Positions 53,269 to 61,065 of a stretch of 64,000 nucleotides of DNA are shown piece after piece (within the stretch, counting starts at the first letter, position 1; every line of letters begins with the position of its first letter). The stretch spans positions 416,001 through 480,000 of the forward strand of contig CAVRAO010000002.1 of assembly GCA_963719035.1 (NCBI GenBank), given 5' to 3'. This DNA comes from Methanobacteriota archaeon. Its GTDB lineage: Archaea > Halobacteriota > Bog-38 > Methanoflorentales > Methanoflorentaceae. The position numbers and the translations under genes were made by a program. Under the pieces are notes generated by a model. The model saw nothing but the letters and a program-made list of their open reading frames with translations, did no database searches and was not told the origin of the DNA.

Positions 53269-53757
53269 TCAAGGCCCACCAGAGGAGGGCTCCTCAAACT
53301 GTTCGGGGAACCCCTTTTTAAGCGCTGCCAAAACGCGAAACATCTTGACATCTATGGCGTCCTCTGGATTATCAAGAAAAAGCCCTAGAGAGACTGCGTA
53401 AGCAATATCGTCAATCAGATTCGCCGCGATATTTAAGCGACCCTTTTCAGAGAGCTCAGATAGAATAAGGGAGATGTCGAACGCACGGTCCATTATGTAG
53501 TCGGCCCCGACTCTGTTGACTCTTTTAGCGACGTTATCCATTTGTGAGCCCAAAATAGCTTTTGGATCTTCTACCGCCGGGATGTCCAGATTCTTGTATA
53601 CGAGATCGCCTTGGTTCTGGACCAAAAGATAAAGGTGCTCACAATACGTGTCCGAACCTGCATGATTTGTACAGTCTTCGCCACATAGCACCTCGCAGTG
53701 GGGAAGCATGCCTCGTGCTTGATAAGCGTCCATTTGAAACTTAGCACACATGAACAT
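53269..53757 (-). CDS. Hypothetical protein with Cys/His-rich N-terminus
   Basis: 162-aa ORF with ATG and upstream TATA-like TTTATA. Confidence 0.55.
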   Translation of the reverse strand: MFMCAKFQMDAYQARGMLPHCEVLCGEDCTNHAGSDTYCEHLYLLVQNQGDLVYKNLDIPAVEDPKAILGSQMDNVAKRVNRVGADYIMDRAFDISLILSELSEKGRLNIAANLIDDIAYAVSLGLFLDNPEDAIDVKMFRVLAALKKGFPEQFEEPSSGGP

Positions 53758-53912
53758 AACTATTACAATTTAGATGCAACTAATATAAATCTAAATTCTA
53801 ACGATGATGTGTTTGTCTTGTGCGTTATCTGCAAAAACGGCCAAGAAATAAACTGCACAATAACGCAACTTATGATTACTCCCCTAGGTTGTTTTATCTG
53901 AAAGGTGGCTGT

Positions 53913-55133
53913 TTAGTTCAAGTTCTTTTCAAGAAAACTGTTAAACCGTTCAGAAGCATTATATTGGCTGAATACATATTTCATTCTCTGGGCTGCTTCA
54001 TAATAGGCTGGTGCGTCAAGTATCATGCTCACAGCCTGCCTAGTTTTCTGTGAGGTGAGAGCCCCCCCGCGCAGCAATATACCGCAGCCGGCCTTTTCAA
54101 TAGCGGTCATTGACAGGTACTGGTCGAAATTTGTTGGAATGCCCAAGACCGGAACACCTTCATTCAGAGCCTGGTATGCTGTGCTTGCGCCACCGCTGCA
54201 GATCACCAGCGCCGAACGCTGTGCCACACTATCACCGGGGACAAATTCACATTTATAGACATGCTTTTGATGAATTTTTGTGTCCAATCTTCCGGCTGTG
54301 GCAGCTATGACGGTTACGGGGAGGTCTCTAAGGCCTTTTAAAATTGCTGGTAGCAACTTCACATTTCCAGATGAACCCATGTTTACATAAATCAGGGGAC
54401 GGGATAAATCAATATCATTCCACCATACAGGCGGCTCTATATCTGGTGACCATAGAATCGGGCCAAGAAATATGTGCGTGTCGGGCTTATTCTTAAGCGG
54501 TATAAGCTCGATCGGATCGGGGTAGAGGGTATAATTCCCCCAAGTAAGCATTTCAAGCAAACTGCCAACCGGCGGCAGCTCAAACTGCTGACGTATCCGG
54601 TTGAGCGGTTGTGCAAAACGATCAAATACGGCAGGAAGTGCCTTCGGGAAATAACGTGTCGCAATTTTTTCACTCAACAGCCGCACTATGGGATGGTCAG
54701 GCATAGGAAAGGAATCACGCACTGCAAAGGGGCTCCAATATGCATTAATTACGGGAGCATAGGGAACGTTACAGACCGGCGCACTCACTGCAAGGGAGAA
54801 ACGTGCATCACCGATAATGATCTCGGGCTTAACGGACTGTATTAACTGAATCTCTGCATCAACGTACCGCCTAAGCAGCTTTTGGGTATAAAACGACTTG
54901 CCATTTTCAGCAGATGATAAGAACGTTTTTTTATCCATCGTGAAAAGCTGCCAGTGCCGAAAGTCTGTCCGGCTGAAGATCTCAGGGTCAAAGGCTGAAG
55001 AGGCAAAATGCACTTCGTACTTCTTTTGATCAAGTGCGCGCGCCAGCACCAGGAGGCGTACCACCTGTGAGAGGGTGGTGTTCTCTACAACAAACAAAAT
55101 CCGTTTTAACTGCTTCGCTTGTTCTTCTGTCAT
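53913..55133 (-). CDS. GT-B glycosyltransferase (GT1/MGT-like)
   Basis: TTLSQVVR, LIYVNMGSSG, FVPGDS...VICSGG...EGVPVLGIP..FDQ. Confidence 0.85.
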   Translation of the reverse strand: MTEEQAKQLKRILFVVENTTLSQVVRLLVLARALDQKKYEVHFASSAFDPEIFSRTDFRHWQLFTMDKKTFLSSAENGKSFYTQKLLRRYVDAEIQLIQSVKPEIIIGDARFSLAVSAPVCNVPYAPVINAYWSPFAVRDSFPMPDHPIVRLLSEKIATRYFPKALPAVFDRFAQPLNRIRQQFELPPVGSLLEMLTWGNYTLYPDPIELIPLKNKPDTHIFLGPILWSPDIEPPVWWNDIDLSRPLIYVNMGSSGNVKLLPAILKGLRDLPVTVIAATAGRLDTKIHQKHVYKCEFVPGDSVAQRSALVICSGGASTAYQALNEGVPVLGIPTNFDQYLSMTAIEKAGCGILLRGGALTSQKTRQAVSMILDAPAYYEAAQRMKYVFSQYNASERFNSFLEKNLN

Positions 55134-55528
55134 ACTATATCAGCTGATAGCTCATTCCGATGATGTTGTACGTTCAATATGGTGTACCTGTGGAGGCCAC
55201 GACGCGGGTTCGAATCTCGCCCGCGACCTTTTTTTTCTTTATAGGCGTCAGCTTCGCTTGCTTTTTGTAAAATAAGTGATTTTAGCTCGGCGATTTGAGA
55301 TTCTAGCTGATATAAGCGATTTTCTACGTCAGGATTCTGCATAGTTGTGCAACAGTTGTCTACTACTTTATAAGCTACGACTAAGAAAGCCAACTTTCTG
55401 TCAAGAACAGTTTGATAAATTTCCGCTTTAGACCCGATCAGTTCTTGAAATTCCCGCGGCAATCGAATAATAAGATAAATGTGTGAAGGCTTCGAGCTTT
55501 GGACGCTAATTTTGTGCGTGCAGATCAT
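55130..55528 (-). pseudogene. Putative integrase N-terminal fragment containing an antisense tRNA-His 3' half
   Basis: IIRLPREF...IYQTVLDRKLAFLVV resembles 43390-43620; GRGRDSNPRRGLHR is the antisense translation of the tRNA half. Confidence 0.65.
55187..55228 (+). repeat. tRNA-His(GTG) 3' half (att-like), no 5' half
   Basis: CT-GTG-GA-GGCCA-CGAC-GCGGG-TTCGAAT-CTCGC-CCGCGAC-C; the upstream sequence cannot pair as acceptor or D arm. Confidence 0.8.
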
Positions 55529-55660
55529 CTCAGCACCACACTCAGGGCACGAGACAGCGCACTTTATGTTTTCATTGTGCTCGTCCCTCTGTCATTGTTC
55601 CACCTCTTGTTAACTACTAATTAAAGCGTAGCGGAGTATAAAATAGTGTTTTAAATCCAG

Positions 55661-56146
55661 CTACCGTTGGCGGTAATCAGCAGGCACCCCCCATCTTTCT
55701 GTTACATTATACCGAGACACTGTTGACTCGAAGTGAACCCAGATGGGTGCATTATCTAACTGAGGATGCGCTGCAAAAAAAGAACTATCGCCGTAGCGTA
55801 GGGCTTCAAGAACTAAGGGCAATTCATCTTGAAAGATTTCAAATCGAAATTGAGCAGATCCAAAAACAAACCCGCCACTCACGTGACAATAGACGTGTAA
55901 CGCCGGCCCTTCATCAGTGTTTTTCCACTCAGCAAGCACTTCATCTCTCATGAGCCTTGTATACCAACCACATACCTGTGATTCATTACAATCTGGGCCA
56001 ATTGTCAAAAAGAGCTCGCCTGTGATATCGGAGTGGGTTAGCGTATAACGGCGCGGGGAGATCGGATCCGTGGGTCCAATCCCAGCCACGTGTTTGACAT
56101 GCAACTTTTCCGGTCGCAATCTATTCTCGCGTCTGTGCGTATCCAT
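55661..56146 (-). CDS. Staygreen (SGR) family protein, Mg-dechelatase homolog
   Basis: PRRYTLTHSDITGELFLTIG, RLMRDEVLAEW, LHVYCHVSG, IFQDELPLVLEALRYGD, IWVHFES..YN..E.WG. Confidence 0.9.
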   Translation of the reverse strand: MDTHRRENRLRPEKLHVKHVAGIGPTDPISPRRYTLTHSDITGELFLTIGPDCNESQVCGWYTRLMRDEVLAEWKNTDEGPALHVYCHVSGGFVFGSAQFRFEIFQDELPLVLEALRYGDSSFFAAHPQLDNAPIWVHFESTVSRYNVTERWGVPADYRQR

Positions 56147-56401
56147 TGGTTCGCCTGCCCTTCAAATGTCCTTAAATTCCATCTCGTAGATGAATTGGGA
56201 GCCTATATCCTTATCAAAAGGGTATTGTCAAATCTTTGACGTCGTCTGTGTTCATTGATCGTGATTGTGTGCGACACCACGAAAGGTGAGGTAGACTCAC
56301 TTCTTGATCCTATATTGTTGCCACACGGTCTCTCAACGTAAAGTTTATCTTTTGTTACCGTTTTTGGAGGAGTGCTTAGCTTTCACTTATAGGAGGGCAA
56401 A

Positions 56402-56569
56402 ATGTTAGGCAAACTTCTACTAATTAAGATGCTAACGATAGCAGGGTTTGTGGTCATGCTGCTGCACGTCTTATTTTTCGTCGCCACCTTAGCGTTGCAT
56501 GCCCTGTTCTTAGCTCCTCGACTTGGAAAGATAATGAAGCGTAACTCGTCGCGGGACGCTTGTTGCTGA
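56402..56569 (+). CDS. 55-aa hydrophobic small protein ending in Cys-Cys
   Basis: AGGAGG ribosome site; MLGKLLLIKMLTIAGFVVMLLHVLFFVATLALHALFLAPRLGKIMKRNSSRDACC. Confidence 0.45.
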   Translation: MLGKLLLIKMLTIAGFVVMLLHVLFFVATLALHALFLAPRLGKIMKRNSSRDACC

Positions 56570-56570
56570 G

Positions 56571-56785
56571 CTAACCGTGCGAGGACCTGCCTCTAGGAAG
56601 AAAGAAAACCCCATCGACAGGGATGATGGCGCCTTGAACATAGCTTGCTAAGTCACTCGAGAGAAAGAGGACGACTTTTGCCGCCTCGTCAGGCGCAGCC
56701 CATCGTCCTTTGGCAAGCCGTTGGTGAAAATCATATCCACTGTTGACAAGATCAAGCTGTACGTTTAAAATGGCACCCTTCACCA
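56571..56785 (-). pseudogene. C-terminal fragment of an SDR oxidoreductase
   Basis: GRWAAPDEAAKVVLFLSSDLASYVQGAIIPVDG with no N-terminal part. Confidence 0.75.
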
Positions 56786-57691
56786 GAACGGGGGAAAAAC
56801 TGCGGGCATCTTCAGAAGGGTAAAGACAGCAAAGGCCAGCCCGCCAAGTGCTGTGTTGACATACGGGAGATACCAGTAGAGACGGTCGATGGAAACCTCT
56901 TCGCGGAAAAGAAGTACTGCTGGAAAAAGCGGATATATGATTACTAGAAAGCTGAGCGGGTACAAGCCCGCAAGTAGGAGCACCAGCAGAGAAAATAATG
57001 TCCAAAAAGCTGTGCATAATAGGAGCGAAGAGCGCCTTCCGAGCCAGACTGCTGTCGTAGTGATCCCGGCAGCCCGGTCGTACCGGATATCCGGTATTGC
57101 GGAAAAAATGTGCATCGCCGATATATGCAAATACCCGGCGATAACTAACAAGAGCGGGGGGGTCTGGCCTGCTGCAAGATAATAACCAAAGATTCCCGGC
57201 ATGATATAGAGCATATTTGAGGAGAAATCAAGAACCGGGTGCTGCTTGAAACGGAGCGGCGGAGCAGAATAAAAATATGCAAGAAACAGAAATATAAGAA
57301 AAATCACCTGCTCGGTACGATCTTGCGTAACGAGGAGCGCCAGGGAAAAAGCAGCAAAGATAGTGAGCAGGAGCAGCGTTTTCCGGTGTTCGTTTGCTTT
57401 TAATTTGTGCTCTTTTCCCACTTTCTTGGGATTCTGCCGGTCGGTCTCCTCGTCCCAGTAATCATTGACGCCGTAGATAAACAGGTTTGCTGGGAAGAAG
57501 AAATAAAAAAGGTAGAGATAGTAGAGCGGAGAAAAAAAAATCTGCCAGTTTTCCATGCCGAGCGCGACACCCAAAACAAAGGTGCCACCGGTATAAATCC
57601 AGAATCTGAAGCGCGATATGGTAAAAGCGAGAGGGAGCAGGGATATGGAAAGTATCCGGTTTCCCACGTTAGATTTCATACCGTGGTGCAC
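56780..57691 (-). CDS. lyeJ: UbiA-family prenyltransferase, lycopene elongase (LyeJ/CrtEb-like)
   Basis: SRFRFWIYT, PANLFIYGVNDYWDEETDRQNPKK, YSAPPLRFK, AMHIFSAIPDI..DR.AGI.T.A; follows crtB. Confidence 0.8.
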   Translation of the reverse strand: MHHGMKSNVGNRILSISLLPLAFTISRFRFWIYTGGTFVLGVALGMENWQIFFSPLYYLYLFYFFFPANLFIYGVNDYWDEETDRQNPKKVGKEHKLKANEHRKTLLLLTIFAAFSLALLVTQDRTEQVIFLIFLFLAYFYSAPPLRFKQHPVLDFSSNMLYIMPGIFGYYLAAGQTPPLLLVIAGYLHISAMHIFSAIPDIRYDRAAGITTTAVWLGRRSSLLLCTAFWTLFSLLVLLLAGLYPLSFLVIIYPLFPAVLLFREEVSIDRLYWYLPYVNTALGGLAFAVFTLLKMPAVFPPFW

Positions 57692-58538
57692 CCGGGAACT
57701 GAATCCTGCATAACGGGATATGCACGCTGTTGTAAAGGATTCTCATGATAATTCGCGAGATCGAAGGGCGAACAAAAGTCCTGTAAATGACAAATGGGTC
57801 CCTTGCTATCAAAGTAGCGGTCCATTTGTACATTTCTGCAGCAGTCCTGATGGGTATCAGGTACCGGTATGGTATAAACCGGTAGCCCCGTTCCCCTTCC
57901 TCCTGCCAGCGGTAATACTGGGCGATCTGTTCCCTGATAAAGAACCGGAACTGTTCGGGTGCGTCCCGGGCGTCTGACTCTTCCAGCCCGGAAAGACCGC
58001 ACCGTCGAATATATTCTTGCGAGAAATACACCCGGCCTAATTTCAGATCTTCTGCAATGTCGCGGACGAAATTGATATACTGCATGGACCTGCCCAGCAA
58101 CCGGGCATAAGGAAAGGACTTCTCGGGTAGATCAAGGATCCGTGCCATCATAAGACCTATCACCTCTGCAGAACCGTAGAGGTACTGATCGAGTTCCAGC
58201 TGCGTCTCGTACCGACTCTTGCTGAGATCAGCACGCATTGAAGAGAGGAAAGCATCAATCCACTCGCAGTCGAACTGTTTCAAGGCAGCAAGTCCTGCAA
58301 ACCCGTCAATTACGACATCCCCGGTGATGCGGCCATCCGCTGCACACTTCCATCGATCGCAGAATGCTTTAAATTCCTGCTTCTGCTGAGGGATGCTGTC
58401 AACAAAATCGTCTGCCTGGCGGACAAAGGCATAGAGCATAAAAACGTCCTTTCTCACTTCGGGCGGGAAAAAAAGGCTGGAATGGAAATATGTTCTACTC
58501 CCTTTTCTGAAGATCTGGTAGTGTATGGACTGCCCCAT
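57669..58538 (-). CDS. crtB: Phytoene synthase
   Basis: GSRTY, LYAFVRQADDFVD, YLYGSAEVIGLMM, MQYINFVRDIAED...GRVY. Confidence 0.9.
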   Translation of the reverse strand: MGQSIHYQIFRKGSRTYFHSSLFFPPEVRKDVFMLYAFVRQADDFVDSIPQQKQEFKAFCDRWKCAADGRITGDVVIDGFAGLAALKQFDCEWIDAFLSSMRADLSKSRYETQLELDQYLYGSAEVIGLMMARILDLPEKSFPYARLLGRSMQYINFVRDIAEDLKLGRVYFSQEYIRRCGLSGLEESDARDAPEQFRFFIREQIAQYYRWQEEGERGYRFIPYRYLIPIRTAAEMYKWTATLIARDPFVIYRTFVRPSISRIIMRILYNSVHIPLCRIQFPGAPRYEI

Positions 58539-58553
58539 AGTAGGATACCTACA

Positions 58554-60047
58554 TTACTTATGGTATTTATCTGTAAGTTCAGCGGCCACTATTGTCGATG
58601 ATATAATGGTCATGGGTACACCGATACCGGGGTGAGTGTAGTGGCCGGAGTAAAAGAGATTGTCGACCTTTTTGCTTTGGTGGGCAGGTCGCCATAGGGC
58701 AGTCTGGAAGAGTGTATGCGAGAGGCCCAGCGCCGTGCCCTTGTACGCGTGATAGCGCTCTTTGAAATCATTGAGGGCAAACGCCTTTTTCACCACCACT
58801 GCATCCCGGATCCTGTCACCGGTCGAGGCTTCCAGTTTGTCCATGATGAGGGTGTAGAACCGTTCGCGGATTTCTGGTGAATCTTCAAGCCCAGGTGCGA
58901 GAGCCACGAGGATAAACAGGGTGTCGCAGCCAGGAGGGGCAGCCGTCGGATCGGTCATCGAGGGAACATTGACGTAATAGGAGGGATTTTTTGGCCATGC
59001 GGCCTTTTTTGGGTCAAATATCTCATCGAAGTTATGCTCCCAGTTCTTATCCAGAAAGAGCGTATGGTGTGCTAAGCTCTCAAAGCGCCTGTTTACGCCC
59101 ACATAAAAGACTATGGCTGAAGGGGCCATCACGCGGCGCTCCCAGTATTTCCTGTCATAGGTCCGGTACTCCGGATTGAGGAGCTCGAGTTCTGCAAACG
59201 CATAATCCGCATTCACGAGAACGATATCGGATTCATAGGTTCCTCCGGAGGTCCGGACTCCCTGTGCTTTGCCGTCTCTGACAATAATTTCCGTCACCGG
59301 TTCGTTGAACTTGAATTCTGCGCCATAGTTCTCTGCAAGATCTCTAATTACCGTTGCCACTTTCCGCATTCCCCCGACCGGATAAAAAACTCCGAGCGTA
59401 AGGTCGATGTGTGACATTATGTGGTAAAACGAAGGGGTGTTCTTAGGTGAGCCGCCTAAAAATCCGATTGAATACTCGACGATCTTTTTTGCCTCGTCAC
59501 TCGTAAAGTGCTTCGAAACAAATGTGTCAAGATTCTCAAGGATGTGCATTTTCCTGCCTTCGATCAGCATGCGGCCGGAGAAGAAATCAAAAATGGATTT
59601 ATAATCCCTGTAGAGCATCTCGTTGATCGAGAGGTCGTATTTTTCTTTGGCAGATGCAAGGTATTTCTTTAGTTTTTGGCCGCCACCTTGCTCAAGAGAA
59701 TCAAAAAGTGCAATATTTTTATCAAGGTCAGCGGCAATGTCCAGCACCTTGCCGTTGCCAAAATAGATTCGGTAGGAGGGGTCAAGTCGCGGTAATTCCA
59801 TCAGATCGTTAGCTTTCTTTCCGAACTCCATGAAAAATTTTTCATAAACATCCGGCATCAGGTACCAGGAAGGCCCCATATCAAATATGTACCCTTTTTC
59901 AGAATAGACACTGGCCCGTCCGCCGGGTCCTTCATTTTTCTCCAGTACAAGAACGTCGAACCCATTTTTTGCGAGCAGCGCAGCAGCTGATAGTCCCCCA
60001 AATCCTGCCCCGATAGTAATTACCTTTTTGCCGTTTTTTTCCGCCAT
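58554..60047 (-). CDS. crtI: Phytoene desaturase
   Basis: IGAGFGGL, FDMGPSWYLMP, HTLFQTA, GHYTHPGIGVPM. Confidence 0.9.
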   Translation of the reverse strand: MAEKNGKKVITIGAGFGGLSAAALLAKNGFDVLVLEKNEGPGGRASVYSEKGYIFDMGPSWYLMPDVYEKFFMEFGKKANDLMELPRLDPSYRIYFGNGKVLDIAADLDKNIALFDSLEQGGGQKLKKYLASAKEKYDLSINEMLYRDYKSIFDFFSGRMLIEGRKMHILENLDTFVSKHFTSDEAKKIVEYSIGFLGGSPKNTPSFYHIMSHIDLTLGVFYPVGGMRKVATVIRDLAENYGAEFKFNEPVTEIIVRDGKAQGVRTSGGTYESDIVLVNADYAFAELELLNPEYRTYDRKYWERRVMAPSAIVFYVGVNRRFESLAHHTLFLDKNWEHNFDEIFDPKKAAWPKNPSYYVNVPSMTDPTAAPPGCDTLFILVALAPGLEDSPEIRERFYTLIMDKLEASTGDRIRDAVVVKKAFALNDFKERYHAYKGTALGLSHTLFQTALWRPAHQSKKVDNLFYSGHYTHPGIGVPMTIISSTIVAAELTDKYHK

Positions 60048-60227
60048 GCCAAGACACCGAATCCATATCGGGGCATCCTTTTAATATAGATTTGGCAGAG
60101 AACATTTGTAATCCAGGAATAATCAGCTATCCGCAGGCAACGCATTTTGGCGCCATTACTCGGCAAATTTGCTTAGTGGATTTGTAGACGGATAGTAAAT
60201 CCTAGAAGTAGTAAAAACGTCTAAATA

Positions 60228-60363
60228 AGCCCTTTCGAGGCTCTGAATCGGGTTAAAATCCCGAACCGGGCGTTCTTTTTCAATATAAGGGTAAAAATTA
60301 ATCTCTTTTTCTAAAATAAGCTTTTTTAGATCAACGATTTGAGATTCGAGAGCGGAAAGGCGA
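60228..60363 (-). pseudogene. Second Int(N)-like remnant reading into a degenerate tRNA-Glu(TTC) 3' half (60228-60272, + strand)
   Basis: Minus strand RLSALESQIVDLKKLILEK...RPVRDFNPIQSLER parallels RLYQLESQIAELKSLILQK...RGRDSNPRRGLHR; plus strand GCC-CT-TTC-GA-GGCTC...TCGGG-TTAAAAT-CCCGA. Confidence 0.65.
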
Positions 60364-60377
60364 TGGTCGTAGCCTGG

Positions 60378-60491
60378 TCAAAACTGCACGTTAGCATACA
60401 CTTCCTGTACGTCCTTATCAATAAACTGCATGTAGATTGCTGTTATCTTTATACTAGAGTGACCCAGCACCTGCTGCACTGCCGAACGAAT
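60378..60491 (-). pseudogene. C-terminal fragment of a XerC/D-type tyrosine recombinase
   Basis: AVQQVLGHSSIKITAIYMQF...* retains the LGH box and catalytic Tyr. Confidence 0.75.
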
Positions 60492-60500
60492 GACCCACAA

Positions 60501-60974
60501 CTATAGTTCTTGCAACCCCTCAACAAACTGGCGTAGCTTGTCTTGATAAACGCCTTTCTTGACCTCTTTTTCCTGGAGAGCAAGGATGCTTACCGGGCGT
60601 CTTTCACAGAGTGCTTCCATCTCAGCAAATAACTGCTGACTCTCACCACCGCCATTTGTGCAAAAAAATGCTACCCGTGTGAACTTCGACTTATTGTTGG
60701 TGATGTAGGTCCGCGGAGCACTCGACAACGTGCCTGCCCAAATGGGCGTGCCGAGTATTACTAAATCGTATGACGCGGGATCACGTTTGATGTCTGTGAG
60801 CTTGGTGAGCTTCTTTGCCTTTGCGTCCCTTCCAGCCGACACAAAGCCCAGAGGCCCGCTGCGTTTTTTTGTATCAATAAGTTCTTCACTGTCGCAGTTG
60901 AGCGACTCAGCAAGCGCTTCCGCTACCTGTTTGGTCGCACCTGTTCGCGAATAAAATACCACTAAAGCCTTCAT
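60501..60974 (-). CDS. Flavodoxin family protein
   Basis: VFYSRTGAT, YDLVILGTPIWAG, VAFFCTNGG. Confidence 0.9.
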   Translation of the reverse strand: MKALVVFYSRTGATKQVAEALAESLNCDSEELIDTKKRSGPLGFVSAGRDAKAKKLTKLTDIKRDPASYDLVILGTPIWAGTLSSAPRTYITNNKSKFTRVAFFCTNGGGESQQLFAEMEALCERRPVSILALQEKEVKKGVYQDKLRQFVEGLQEL

Positions 60975-61065
60975 TATAAGTTCCTTCCGTAAGTTAATTC
61001 GGTTTACCGGCTTAAGGCTTTTTGCGGCAGTTCATCATTTTAATCTAGTGGATTGAAATACCCTT

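Noticed and set aside
55187-60272. tRNA halves as trans-spliced split tRNAs
   Set aside because: No GC-rich complementary leader or BHB flank, the Glu half has a damaged T loop, and both are embedded in integrase-like ORFs.
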